A DNA stretch of 64,000 nucleotides from Eledone cirrhosa (lineage: Eukaryota): assembly GCA_964016885.1 (NCBI GenBank), contig OZ024740.1:113088001-113152000 (forward strand). The letters run 5' to 3'. Of this stretch, positions 1-13,901 are shown one piece after another. The notes below the pieces were generated by a model. The model worked only from the letters and a program-made list of their open reading frames with translations, made no database searches and had not been told where the DNA came from. The translations under genes and the position numbers were made by a program. How positions within the stretch are numbered: the first letter of the stretch is position 1; each line of letters starts with the position of its first letter.

Positions 1-487
1 AGGAGGGTGACTTTGGACATCCTGCAGGATGTCAAAGGACAAAGGAGCTCTTAAGAGTCAATGGCCATCCAAATCACCGGGAGAGATGACCCCTTAGCCT
101 TTGTCAAGGTAGAATTCTAGGAGAAGGAAAACTCTGATATAACACCTGCAACTCTGATGGTATCCAATGATGTTGACTTGTTCTTTTTGGTAAATATCAT
201 CTTGGTTAAGAAAGTGGGACTGGCTTTATGCAGCGTCTTTGCTCACTATAAAAGCGTCACGGCACAGGCATTGCTTTACATCTGGAGATCTCTCTGCACT
301 TGTCGTCACATGGTACCATGGGCCCAGCACTATGTGTCAATAATTGTCACAAGTGTAGTCTTTGTACCAGAGTTTTCAAGTCGCTGGCTGGACTAAAAAG
401 TCACACTCGTTCAGCGCATCGGTAGGAGTTCTTCTACATGGATATAAAGTAGTGACCGTACTCGAAAACGAGTTGGCAGCTACCATG
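1..487 (+). mobile_element. Non-autonomous bipartite RTE-derived retroelement (copy 1, cut by window edge)
   Basis: Nearly identical to the reverse complement of 24985-25490. Ends CTCGAAAACGAGTTGGCAGCTACCAT + (ATGT)n, like the RTE LINE 3' end at ~3364-3392. Retains a C2H2 remnant, HKCSLCTRVFKSLAGLKSHTRSAHR*. Confidence 0.8.
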
Positions 488-561
488 TATGTATGTATGT
501 ATGTATGTATGTATGTATGTATGTATGTATGTATGTATGTATGTATGTATGTATGTATGTA
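486..561. repeat. (ATGT)n microsatellite tail
   Basis: Pure tetranucleotide run directly after the element 3' end. Confidence 0.95.
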
Positions 562-812
562 TTTTTGCTCACTATAAAAGCTTCACGGCACAGGCATTGC
601 TTTATATCTGGAGATCTCTCTGCACTTGTCGTTACATAGTGCCATGCGCCCAACACTATGTGTCAATAATTGTCACAGGTGTAGTGTTTGTACCAGAGTT
701 TTCAAGTCGCTGGCTGGACTAAAAAGTCACACTTGTTTAGCGCATCGGTAGGGGTTCTCCTACATGGATATAAAGTAGTGGCCGTACTCGAAAACGAGTT
801 GGCAGCCACCAT
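562..812 (+). mobile_element. 5'-truncated second copy of the RTE-derived non-autonomous element
   Basis: Direct repeat of ~238-487 with few substitutions; followed by another (TATG)n tail. Confidence 0.85.
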
Positions 813-835
813 ATATGTATATATGTATGTATGTA

Positions 836-3392
836 AGGGCGTGAAGGAAGTGCTGCGTCGCAGGCTTGAAAGCATTGATTCTGCGAATAACTGGAATGAA
901 TTCAGGATCTCGGTCTATGAGTCTTAAGTTGAGGTCCTTGACTTTGTCACAAGAAAACACAAGGACTGGTTTGATGAGAATGACCGGAAGGTTGAGGCTC
1001 TGCTGGACAGAAAACAAAAGGTACTTGATGCAGTTCTTAAAGGTGGTAGCTCTGTTGGTGACAATTATGAGCGTTACAGACAGGTAAAGAAGGAGCTGCA
1101 GGTGGAACTCATGCAAAATACCTGGTGAAGCAACAACGCAGATGAGGTTCAAGCGGCATCTGATGGCAACAATGTGAAACTGCAGCACTCTCTACTCAGA
1201 GAGGTGTATGGTCCTTTCAGCTCACTACTGATACCTGTGAGATCAAAAGATGGCAAGCAGTTACTGCGCGATCCAAAAGACATACTCGACAGATGGCGAG
1301 ATCACTTTGATGAGCTCATAAACCAGCCATCCCAGGCTGATGATGATTTCAGTTGCTCCATTCCTATTGAACCAGTGAAGTATGAGATGGCTGATGCACC
1401 TTCTCTTGCAGAGGTAACTTCTGCTGTGCATAAGCTGAACTGTGGTACGTCTCCTGGTATGGACGGTCTGAGTGCAGAGGTTTTGAAGTGCGGTGGGGAA
1501 AACTTAACGCAGCGCCTGACTGACATCATGAAGAAGGTGTGGGAAGATGAGAATGTCCTATAAGATTGGAAGGATGCACTCATGGTGATTCTCCATAAAA
1601 GAAATGGTGGGAAGGACAAATTTCGCAATTATCGTGGCATATCACATCTTTCAGTAGTTGGTAAAGTCATGTGTCGAATTTTGATGGATAGATTTATCTC
1701 AAGGGCTGCTCTGAATGTGTTGCCTGAGTCGCAGTGTGGGTTCAGGAACGAAAGAAGAACAGTGGATATGATTTTTTCTGCTCTACAGCTGCAAGAAACA
1801 TGTATCGAACAATGTATGGACCTTTATCAGGTTTTTGTTTACTTGACAAAGGCCTTTGAGAACGTCAATCGAACTGCATTGTGGAAAGTTTTGGAAAAGC
1901 TTGACTGCCCTCCAAGGTTTGTGAAGATTCTGTATCTTTTTCATGATGACATGAAGGCTTGTGTCAGTATTGGTGGTAGCATCTCTGAACCAATATCAGT
2001 TGAAAATGGAGTGAAGCAGGGGGAAATTCCGGTTTCAACTCTGTTTTCCTTATATTTTACGACAGTGTTTCACATGGCATTCAGGAAGAATTGTTCGCAT
2101 GGGGTTTACACTAGGTATCGCACTTCGGGAAGGTTGTTCAGCATCAGGCGCTTTGGTGCAAGCACAAAGGTATTAACATCTGTAATCCGAGAGTTTTTGT
2201 ATGCAGATGACTGCGATCTTTTTGCACACTCACAAAGTGATATGCAGCATATTATGAACACTTTTTCTGAAGCTTGCAGTGCTTTGGGCCGCACAATAAG
2301 CTTGGAAAAGACTGTTGTGATGTATCAGCCAGCACCTGGAAAAGAGTACACTACACCAAGTGTGTACGTGTACTGAAAGAGGCTAAAAGTTGCTGACAAG
2401 TTTGTGTACCTTGGTAGTACGCTGAACATTTCATGCACACTGGATGATGAAATATCCTTAAGAATCAAGAAATCCAGTGATGCTTTTGGACGGCTGCATG
2501 AACGACGAGGTATCACTATCGAAAAGAAGGTGAAAGTGTATCTGACTTGTGTTGTCTCCTCTTTGTTTTATGCTTGTGAAACGTGGGTCACATACAGAAA
2601 GCACCTCAAGGAACTGGAGAGATTTCACCAACAATCTCTTCATAAGTTACTTGAGGTGTGGTGGAAAATGTTCGTTAGTCATTTGGAAGTTCTCGAACGG
2701 GGCAGTTGCGTGACTATAGAGAGCATGATCTTTCGACACCGGTAGAGGTGGTGAGGACACGTGGTCCGGCTGTCTGATGATCGCATTCCAAAGTAACTTA
2801 TCTACGGAGAGCTGTGTGAAGGAAGGCGACCACCACACAAACTAAAAATGCGGTACCGGGACTGTGTCAGGGACACCTTGGCTTGTGCTGGAATTTCATC
2901 TGACGAATGGGAGAAAATGGCTGAGGAGCGTGTGAAGTGGAGACGTTTGATCAAGTCAGGTGGTGAACACTTTGAAACCCGTCGGAGAGAACACCTTGCA
3001 CTGAAAAGGAAGGTAAAGAAAAGAGACTGTTCTGAACTGCCTGCTGTTGAACATCCTCTGCTTTGCTAGTACTGTGGTCGAGTCTGCCTGAGTAAAGCTG
3101 GTTTGACTAGACATGAACAAAGTCATATCAGTAGACCTCATGTAGATTATGATCTGAAAAGGTGTAAGGAATGTGGCAAGAAATGTGCTAGCATGGGAGG
3201 GCTTAAAAGACACATGAGAACATACAGTCACAACAAAACAATGGAAAGTCTCGGAGGAGACTGCAGTTGCCATATATGTGCCAGAGGGTGCAAGTATTTA
3301 GCTGGTTTAAAGAGCTACATTCGTGCCTCACATTTTTTAGCATTTTATCAGGCGATGGCAATGCTCGAACACGAGTTTGCAGCCATCATATA
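836..3392 (+). mobile_element. 5'-truncated RTE-clade LINE (decayed RT plus three C-terminal C2H2 zinc fingers)
   Basis: Frames contain SPGMDG, NYRGIS, LPESQCGFR, QLQE, GVKQG, LYADD, YLGS and YACETW, typical of RTE RT. Then C*YCGRVCLSKAGLTRHEQSH, CKECGKKCASMGGLKRHMRTYSH and CHICARGCKYLAGLKSYIRASH. Several stops and frameshifts; no endonuclease domain present. Confidence 0.92.
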
Positions 3393-3626
3393 TGTATTAA
3401 AAAACAAACAAAAAACTATATATTTTTCAATGGCCAAGAATCATCTCCGAATCTAGATGGTAGGCTCAATCTGACTAGCTTCCCAGCATTTCCAGTCTAT
3501 CTACTTTCCCTCATAAAGTATGAATCGATCTTAGACTATGGTAAATATCACTTGCTCTAATGGCTACCCGGACCTGATGATTTCGAAGCAAACTTCTTAA
3601 ACATGATTATGCATATGTACATGAAT

Positions 3627-3660
<34 letters not shown>

Positions 3661-3661
<1 letters not shown>

Positions 3662-3998
3662 GGGTAAAGACTCCCTTCGGTCACAAATGATCATGAGATT
3701 TGCACCTAGAAAGTTACCCTCCGAGGTACATGTCCGGGCAAGGTTGTTTGCGGAAGATCACCAGTCATCCATGCATACCAGCCCCCCCCCCACACACACA
3801 CACACTCCACGTCACCGATGTTGTCCAAGGGAAAGGCAATGGCTGATGCAGCTTGACACCAGTGACGTCGCAACTCATTTCTACAGCTGAGTGAACTGAG
3901 AAATAAAGTCTCTAGCTCAAGACACAACGCACCACCCGGTCTGAGAATCAAATTTATAACCTGATTGCAATCCCAATGCTCTAACCACTAAGCCATAC
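3661..3998 (-). mobile_element. tRNA-derived SINE (CORE-like middle)
   Basis: Minus strand starts TGGCTTAGTGGTTAGAGC (A box) ... TTTGATTCTC (B-box like), then TGTCTTGAGCTAGAGACTTTATTTC..CACTCAGCTG. The same head occurs at 8960-9078. Confidence 0.7.
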
Positions 3999-4032
3999 AT
4001 GTGTCTATATATATATATATGTACACACACAT

Positions 4033-4144
<112 letters not shown>

Positions 4145-4165
4145 GTGTGTGTGTGTGTGTATGTA

Positions 4166-4214
<49 letters not shown>

Positions 4215-4604
4215 TTCCTCCTGGCTATACACGCTGCTGATGTGGCATAATAACGTTGAACCGACCCTCTACAACGATAGATCTCTATTAAAAGCTTTCA
4301 ATTTACACTAGCGTATTAATGTTTGTATTCACTGAGCCGAAATATCTCCTCCCATTTATTTGTACTTCAATACAACTATTTTGTGTGTTTTATATTCTTT
4401 GCCATTACATTCTTTCTAGTTATCTATCTATATCTATGTCTTTCTATCATTTTATCTCTTCTCCCATCTCCGCGCCTAGCTAATCTTCTCAGCTTTCTAT
4501 CTATCTATATATCTATCTATTTTTCATCTATCTACCTATTTACCTCCCCATGATATGTGGTCTCCCCTCTCCCTTTCTCTCCCTCCCCACTCTCTCTCTC
4601 CCTC

Positions 4605-4693
<89 letters not shown>

Positions 4694-5844
4694 GTATGTA
4701 TATATATATATAATTTTAACACTATTTCTCTCTCATTTTCTTACTACTTTTAATTTCTGTTTGTCATCTCTCCGACCCTTACATATTCCATCAGTCATGC
4801 TTCGATGACTTAATAACACTGATTGACAGATAATGATGCTAAGCATTAGTCAGACAACTTCAAAGCAGATATTACGATTCCACCACTGCTGGGATTCCTA
4901 CCTTAACGAACCAACTTAACTAGACAGCTTCAATTCTGTCGCACAACTGCTAGGAATAACGACCAAATTTCCGTACAATCATTCTATGCTGATTGTAATA
5001 TTGAAATGATATGTTAGTTACTTAGATCTCTGTAAAATGGCAGTCTGGTCTCCCCTAGAATACCATTTGAACATGAGTCCCACCACCAGAGTTAGCGAGG
5101 GAGCGTCTTTGTAGTAGCTGGAATTGTTAGAAACAGTAGCGAAATTTCCTAAAAAAGGATCTTGCTATCTTAGATAAGGAACAGCACCCTGTACAATGCA
5201 GTCGTTTATACACCTTACAAGACGAGATGGTCTCAGTAGAACACCTTTTTATCACATGTCTGCTCTATATGATCAATCAACGACTGACACAGCATGTAGT
5301 CGTCGAATTGTTAGAAAAATCAGCCAAATTCCCCTTGAACCACATCCTATCTCGTGTTCAATAAAGAAGAGACATGTAAACATACATACACCTAAAACAT
5401 ACAAGAATCACGATTGGAATACTCTTTGAAATTATGTTTTCTCATTCAAGGTTGGATTAGCGACAAACAATAACAATCTTTTTGTATGTCAAACATAAAT
5501 AATCTATAACTGCATTTTCTAAAATGTCTACATTGTTTTTAATGACGGTATGCTTTTAGTTGAGGGGGATATGACTGCTATTTAAAACGACCAAGTGATC
5601 ATATACAATCTAACATGCTGGGCATTTTTTCACTTATTTACTGTGTATAATAAATTGTAATGAACTAGTGGTGTTGTTTAGCTCTTGGTTATCCCTAATT
5701 TCTGGTGAAATATATTCCAGTTATTATGATCCCGTATTCTTCGTAGATATTCGGTATTTAGATCGACATTAATCAATGGTCAAAAAGGTGATGGATTGGC
5801 TGAAGGCATAGAGCATCAGATGAATGTGTTTTGAATTGGTTGAG

Positions 5845-7210
5845 TCGTTAGAACGGTGTATAGAATGGTCGTTAGGACGGTGTATAGAATGGTCGTTAGG
5901 ACGGTGTATAGAATGGTCGATAGAACGGTGTATAGAATGGTCGTTAGAACGGTGTATAGAATGGTCGTTAGAACGGTGTATAGAATGGTCGTTAGGACGG
6001 TGTATAGAATGGTCGTTAGGACGGTGTATAGAATGGTCGTTAGAACGGTGTATAGAATGGTCGTTAGAACGGTGTATAGAATGGTCGTTAAAACGGTGTA
6101 TAGAATGGTCGTTAGAACGGTATATAGAATGGTCGTTAGAACGGTGTATAGAATGGTCGTTAGAACGGTGTATAGAATGGTCGTTAGAACGGTGTATAGA
6201 ATGGTCGTTAGGACGGTGTATAGAATGGTCGTTAGGACGGTGTATAGAATGGTCGTTAGGACGGTGTATAGAATGGTCGTTAGGACGGTGTATAGAATGG
6301 TCGATAGAACGGTGTATAGAATGGTCGTTAGAACGGTGTATAGAATGGTTGTTAGGACGGTGTATAGAATGGTCGTTAGAACGGTATATAGAATGGTCGT
6401 TAGAACGGTGTATAGAATGGTCGTTAGAACGGTGTATAGAATGGTCGTTAGAACGGTGTATAGAATGGTCGTTAGGACGGTGTATAGAATGGTCGTTAGA
6501 ACGGTGTATAGAATGGTCGTTAGGACGGTGTATAGAATGGTCGTTAGAACGGTGTATAGAATGGTCGTTAGAACGGTGTATAGAATGGTCGTTAGGGCGG
6601 TGTATAGAATGGTCGTTAGAACGGTGTATAGAATGGTCGTTAAAACGGTGTATAGAATGGTCGTTAGGACGGTGTATAGAATGGTCGTTAGAACGGTGTA
6701 TAGAATGGTCGTTAGGACGGTGTATAGAATGGTCGTTAGAACGGTGTATAGAATGGTGTGTTAGAACGGTGTATAGAATGGTCGTTAGGACGGTGTATAG
6801 AATGGTCGTTAGGACGGTGTATAGAATGGTCGTTAGAACGGTGTATAGAATGGTCGTTAAAACGGTGTATAGAATGGTCGTTAGGACGGTGTATAGAATG
6901 GTCGTTAGAAAGGTGTATAGAATGGTCGTTAGAACGGTGTATAGAATGGTCGTTAAAACGGTGTATAGAATGGTCGTTAGGACGGTGTATAGAATGGTCG
7001 TTAGGACGGTGTATAGAATGGTCGTTAGGACGGTTTATAGAATGGTCGTTAAAACGGTGTATAGAATGTTTGTTAGGACGGTGTATAGAATGGTCGTTAG
7101 AACGGTATATAGAATGGTCGTTAGAACGGTATATAGAATGGTCGTTAGGACGGTGTATAGAATGGTCGTTAGGACGGTGTATAGAATGGTCGTTAAAACG
7201 GTGTATAGAA
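5845..7210 (+). repeat. 24-bp minisatellite, ~57 copies of TCGTTAGRACGGTGTATAGAATGG
   Basis: Directly visible tandem array; explains the SLERCIEW and VVRTVYRM pseudo-ORFs. One 1-bp slip near 6758. Confidence 0.97.
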
Positions 7211-7224
7211 ACTGTGTCTAATCT

Positions 7225-7320
7225 AGTCGTTCAGGCGGTGTCTTCAGTCTGAATTTAGATCCCACCGAGTTCATGATTGCGAGGTCGACGAATAAAGTAT
7301 CAATTCAGTAGTGGTATAGG
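7225..7320 (+). mobile_element. Degenerate SINE remainder (B box + central domain) following the minisatellite
   Basis: CTGAATTTAGATCCCACCGAG...GGTCGACGAATAAAGTATC resembles CTGAGTTCAAATCCCGCCGAG...GGTCGATAAAATAAAGTACC of the common SINE. Confidence 0.6.
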
Positions 7321-8484
7321 TTCTTTTTTAAACCCCCTCTCTCTCTCTCTAACTCCCTCTCTCTCACTCACTCTCTCCTTCTCTGGGATTAATTGACAGT
7401 GTTTTGAAGAACTAGAGATGGGTGTACACTGGCAGCTTTAATTTTGCAAGACATGTAATGACAGCGTACTGATAGAGCGTCCTGATAGAGCGTGCTTTGA
7501 AGGAGATTGACCGCTATGCCTGGCAAGTTAAATTATCACAGATGCTGACTGTTGTGTTTAGTGGTATACTGAAATTATGTGTAGACGTGTAGTTTTTGGA
7601 TTTGTTCCATATACTAGACGTTTATATATAGAAAGTGTGATCTTCATTGATGATACCTGACCGCAAAATTATTAAAACTTTCCTGTATTTCCATCATATA
7701 ATTTGTGTAGTTTGTTCTTTTCGTAGAAGTATAAATTGAAAGTTGCTGTTGGATGTGAAAAGCTTTAACCTTAACTGGTTAATAACGACAGGGAAATACA
7801 TGAAGTACAATATATGACTGCCAATATAATTTCGTCTTCCTCAGCTTCCTCCTCCACATATTGCTCTCACTATAATATTTCATGTCTACGTAGTGAAATA
7901 GTAAAAAAAAAACAAAAAAAAAAACCTGATCAACATAACGGCCATCATCACAGAAATCAATTTCAGAGAGTAATGGTTGTTAATTCACGCTCCAGAGTCA
8001 CGACATTCTCAAATATCCCAGTATATTTCCGTAATAACTATTTGGTTTTATTTATTCCTTTCGTAGAATTTAAGTCGTTCTTCTTTCTTTCTGGCACCGT
8101 GTCAAGATAAGAACATTTCCAGACTGACGCTAACAGATCAATGGTGAATTCTTTATCACCATGGACAGCTGCGGTTCTCTTCATCGTTCTGACAAGATAT
8201 TCAATATTCACATTTTCGAAAAAGTGACAAACAAACAAAAACAAAAACTCTCAACTTCCTATACAGATTTATTAGTTTATTACCAAGAAGTCAAACATTG
8301 TCTAGGAGAGTGTATTAGATTATTGAACCGAATACACCAGTACAGCACTGGTATAATATTCATCATCCGGGGAGTCTCACTAGTCACTAGATTGTTGCTG
8401 TTCAAATATAAAGAGCAGCCAAATATTCCTCAAATTATACACCATACTTATTGTCTTAAAAACACTTTAAACAATATAATCACA

Positions 8485-8520
<36 letters not shown>

Positions 8521-8599
8521 CACCCCACACCCCACACCCACACCCCACACACCCACACACATATATATATATATACTTTGGGAGGGTCATGCTGCCAAG

Positions 8600-8800
8600 A
8601 AGAGAACACGCAACTGCTAATTTTCATTTCTGTTTGGTTATTAGTTGAGTAGCAAATCCATTCCTCGGTGACTTTAGTAACCATCCAGTAACATAACTAA
8701 CCGAGGAATGATTTAGTTACTAGACTATTACTAAAATAAAAATGAAACTCAATTAGTGCTCCCACATACGATTTCACATCAGGAATCTTGCAACACTGGA
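8600..8800. mobile_element. Degenerate fold-back element in (TA)n, probably a Penelope pLTR remnant
   Basis: Imperfect inverted arms (CATTCCTCGG / CCGAGGAATG; TTTCATTT / AAATGAAA) and an eroded hammerhead-like CCGAGGA...GAAA. Confidence 0.45.
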
Positions 8801-8803
8801 ATA

Positions 8804-8853
<50 letters not shown>

Positions 8854-8959
8854 GATAGATCGACAGTCGATTGACTTTCGTGAAATCGGACCGAGGAAAC
8901 AATGTTTCCGTTGGTCTTTCCAATTTCTATTACTGTCTATCGGTCGCAACTGCAGGTAG

Positions 8960-9078
8960 AAGGAGCAACGTGAAATAAAGTGTCTTGCTCAAGGACATAA
9001 CACATCGCCTGGTCCAGGAATCGAACTCACAACCTGACAATTGCGAATCCAATTCTCTAACCACTCGGCCATGCGCCT
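8960..9078 (-). mobile_element. tRNA-derived SINE head
   Basis: Minus strand AGGCGCATGGCCGAGTGGTTAGAG...GAGTTCGATTCCTGGACC (A and B boxes); homologous to 3890-3998. Confidence 0.75.
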
Positions 9079-9184
9079 TATATATATAATTTTAGATATA
9101 CAAAATATCAGGATGGCAAAGGTTTTAATTCATTTTATCGTAGTCCTACTTGACAAATATAATTTAAAGATACAGCCTTATTAC

Positions 9185-9325
9185 ACACTGCGTCAAGCTG
9201 AATCTCATCGAGAATTACGCTAAGGGACACGCTTCTGTAGATTACTCAGTCACATACATATTAATTTCACGAGCAGGCTGTTCCGTTGTTCTAACAACTC
9301 GAATTTCCATTGTCAAAACGAATTA
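9185..9325 (+). mobile_element. SINE 3' fragment
   Basis: TTAATTTCACGAGCAGGCTGTTCCGTTG region is homologous to 57810-57890 and, inverted, to ~31290-31360. Confidence 0.5.
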
Positions 9326-10220
9326 CTTCTCTCAGATTTTACAGCTTTGTCAAGTTAAATGTAGTTCTATAAGAAACACTTAAGACACCTCCTATGTGAT
9401 GTAAACTCAAATGAGTCCTGCCAAACCTTCATAGGTGAGAGATGTAAATGTCATTTATTTTAAAAAGTAATCATGAGTTTATCATTTAGAAATATGTTTC
9501 TTTTGTAGTAATTTATTCAAGCTCTTTTGCAATCTAAGATCAAACTAAGCCATCAGTGACTATGTCTTTCACTCAATACAGGGCCAATGAAATATGTAGG
9601 AACTAATGCAATCATCGATCTACATTTTCTTCAACGAAATAAACTTATACATACTAATTATTTTTATTGTTGATAATAATGCTAATCGTAAAGAAAGGAA
9701 CACGGAGGTGTCGTAGATGGAAAACAAGTAGAGCGGTAATACTAAAAGTGGTCTGGTTGCCTTGTTTGAATGATACAATCGACAGACGTATGAATCAGAT
9801 GATGTTTTATGTAAGATATCTGTTCATTTTAAAGTGAAAAAACGTGTTTCACGATTGGATACAGGGCTTTTCATACACTTCACGGCATAGAAAAAAGAAA
9901 TGGCAAACTTTCAGGCACGAACACATATATAGACTGAGAATCGCTTCTCTTATTTTAGACACGCACATACACAAATATATATTTGTAAGTTAGTCATTTT
10001 CTTTTTGTAGAGATCTGCTTCTTTGGCTGAAATATATAACATTTCTTTCTGTGTTGATGTCAGTAATACTCACAACTAACACTTTTTGTCCTTCCACTCT
10101 TTCACTTATTTTATCCCCCATTCTCTCTCACTCCCATCTCTCTCTCCCTCACTCTCTCTCTATCCCCCCTCTCTCTCTCTCTTGATATAAATATATATAT
10201 ACATACACACACACACGCAG

Positions 10221-10913
<693 letters not shown>

Positions 10914-11367
10914 TATATATATATATGCACTCTTTTTCTCTCTCACATATACACACAAACACGCATGAACACGAAATATATATACATAAAGATAAAGCAC
11001 GAATATTTTTGTGGTAGAGGTAATCTGTAGCTGAGTTTAACTGAAAACTTTTGTGTGCCTTTAGCGGAACCAAAGCATTTGTGAGCATCCGGACATAGTT
11101 TCCTGTGTGAGGTTAATGTGATACTTTGGGCAGTTCTTCATTACCATTGAAATCCATCAATTATGGATTCTTCCTCCATTTCGTCACTCATTCACGGAGC
11201 ATTAACAAAGGGTTCAGTGTTGGCTGTTGAACTGTTGGGAGCTACTGCGTTTATGGGGCTTTCGCTACCAAATACGCCACCAAAGATATAAAAACAACAG
11301 TGCGTATAGTATAATAATACATTTAATACGGGTATATATATATATATATCATCCTCATAATCATCAT

Positions 11368-11620
11368 AATCATCATCGTTTAACGTCCATCTTACACGGT
11401 AGCATGGGTTTGACGGTTTTGTTCCATTTGATGCGGGTTTGGTCGGGAGACCATATCTCGCTCGTACGGAGTGTCTCTGGCAGGTTTTCTACGACTAGAT
11501 GCCCTTTCTAACACCAAACACTTTTACAGTGTCGACTGGGAGCATTTTTACCGTGTCTCCTACACGACCACTTTACAGTGTGCAATGAGTGCTTTTAGTT
11601 GTGTCACCTACATAGTGGAC
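11368..11620 (-). mobile_element. SINE/RTE-tail-type repeat fragment with (CAT)n tail
   Basis: CATCATCGTTTAACGTCC terminus recurs at 26512-26545; RTE-like GGTTTTCTACG..GATGCCCT motif. Confidence 0.5.
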
Positions 11621-11779
11621 GAAATTGGGAGGATGGGGTAGAGTGTGTGGGGTGAGGTGTATACTGGGTTAAGACGTGCCTACTGACTGTAGGTGTGTAT
11701 GCAAGGGAAGGCGGTCTTCTGTACAACTGCATGGCGCAAAAGATATCGATCCATTGACATTGACTTTTATGTGTGTCTT

Positions 11780-11968
11780 TGGATTGGCAGTATCAGTAGA
11801 GGGTCTGACGTCATGCTTTGCAGCAAAGTGTTACTGCCCTTTATGATCTGAGTTCAAATCCCGCCGAGGTTAACTTTGCCTTTCATCCTTTCGGAGTCGA
11901 TAAAATAAAGTACCAGTAATACACTGGGATAATTGTTGGCCTTGTGCCAAAAGTTGAATAATTATTAG
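11780..11968 (+). mobile_element. tRNA-derived SINE (main family)
   Basis: GGATTGGCAGTATC A box, GAGTTCAAATCCC B box, conserved CTTTGCCTTTCATCCTTTCGGAGTCGATAAAATAAAGTACCAG, (ATT)n tail. Confidence 0.85.
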
Positions 11969-12009
11969 GTGGGTAATAAAGTTTACAGAAAGGTGCAATT
12001 GTTATTGTC

Positions 12010-12158
<149 letters not shown>

Positions 12159-12167
12159 ATTATTATT

Positions 12168-12371
12168 ATTTGGCAGTATCGGTAGAGGGCCAGTCACCAT
12201 GCTTTCCAGCATAGAGTTACGTCTCTTTACGGTTTGAGTTCAAATCCCGCCGAGGTTAACTTTGCGTTTCACCCTTACGGGGTCTATAAAATAAAGTACC
12301 AATAATGCACTGGGATAATTGCTGGCCTTGTGCCAAAAGTAGAAACAATTATTATTATTATTATTATTATT
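12168..12371 (+). mobile_element. tRNA-derived SINE (main family) with (ATT)n tail
   Basis: Homologous to 11780-11968 and 17323-17515. Confidence 0.85.
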
Positions 12372-12562
12372 GGTCTAATCGGACGTATTTTGCTCACTCC
12401 AGGTAAGTCGCTTTATTTGCCTGTTAAAATTATTTGTTGTTAAATATTTCTTGTTGTGTAAGGGATATAAGCCCTTAGACTTTGCCCTGTGACTTTGGCC
12501 TTTTGGACCAAATATTTGAACTTTTTTTACATTTTAAAAAATTTACGGAGAAAAAAAAAAAC

Positions 12563-13869
12563 ATGGCTGAGCCACGCCCCCCAGCGATATGTCTGCTGTC
12601 GTGCGACAACGACGTAGAAGTTGAGAGGAGCGCTGCAGCGAAATTAACACAAATTGATAACACAAACACCACCAAAAACAATGTAAACAAAGACACCAAT
12701 GATACCAAGGAGAACTCTAATTTTGAAAAAAATGACAGTAACAGCGACAACGAAAATACAGATAACAAAAAAAAATGACAACTGCAACAACAATATCAAC
12801 ACCACTAACATGAAAACAAATAGCGACAACACCAACAGCAACAATACCAACTGCACCGAGAACAACGGTGGCAACAAAGACAAATATGATAACAGCGACA
12901 GTGATGACAACAACAACAACAACAACGACAACGACAACAACACCCCCAACGAAAACAAGAAGAACACTTTCGCTGCGGCAGCAGCAAACAAGAGGCCATG
13001 CTTCAACATGGACCTCTCAAACAAAGATGAAAACTTGGTCCAGGCATGGAAGCTCATCAAGCAAGAGCAAACCTGGGCCAACTTAACTGTCCCGGTAGAA
13101 GCTATTGAGGCAGTGGTGTGCAGAACGGTGCATTATAGATGCATCTCAGCATAAACCAAAAGGGCAGCTTTAATCTCACAAGCAGATGTCGAAGTCGCGC
13201 TGAGGTGCATCAGAGAAGACACCCAGTACATAGAGAGGGGCAGACAGTACGGCACCATTTCGGTATTGTTCAAGTCAGAAGCCCTCGCTATGAAACACGC
13301 TATGACTCCTTGCAAAACCAGCAAGATCATAATATACCCCTCCCACATGGGAAAAAGAACGGCCCGTCTCCGCATTCCCAGAATCCCACCAGGACTTGAC
13401 ATGTGGTGGCTTCTGGGATGTGTGATTGTGGAGGGGACGGATACCGTCCCTATAGAAGTGACCAGAACGGCCAGAGAGTACTGGGCCGGGGTTGACCTGT
13501 AGATCCTTCTCCAGATCAGGCCCGAGAATGTGAAGACAATCCCGGACCACATCCGCCTTCAGAATGGGACGGTCATCCACATTATGATCGAAGGTGAAAG
13601 GCCGCATTGTTTTGTTTGTGGCACGAAGTGAAGATATACAAAAAGAGGGGGAAATTTTTAAATCGAGCACATTTCGCGTGCCGGAAGATTTGTTTCTGGT
13701 GCGAATGTCGCTCGATTTATACAACAAAATACGAGACAGCTTTCCTCGGGACGTGGGAACCTCGAACGTAAAACCCACTTCAAGACTTTTAAAGGGGTTC
13801 CCAAAAGAAACCCCACCAACTATGAAGGTCGAACAACCCGACCTTCACAAGAGCCCGGAAGGTAAGTAA
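12563..13869 (+). pseudogene. LINE ORF1 (gag-like), disrupted
   Basis: MAEPRPP start, Asn/Asp-rich N-terminus, then ARLRIPRIPP...IPDHIRLQNGTVIHIMIEGERPHCFVCGTK* (start of a CCHC knuckle). Frameshift at the A-run ~12770 and stops. Confidence 0.65.
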
Positions 13870-13901
13870 ACCTTTCCTCTCTCTATTTTTAACTTGCCAA
13901 C

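Noticed and set aside
3103-3456. Host C2H2 zinc-finger gene
   Set aside because: Continuous with the RTE RT frame and followed by the LINE 3' end.
5824-7252. Long ORFs of 465, 302 and 164 aa
   Set aside because: Translations of a 24-bp minisatellite that lacks stops in two frames; no coding context.
8960-9078. tRNA gene
   Set aside because: A/B boxes run into SINE body sequence shared with other copies; no complete cloverleaf or terminator.
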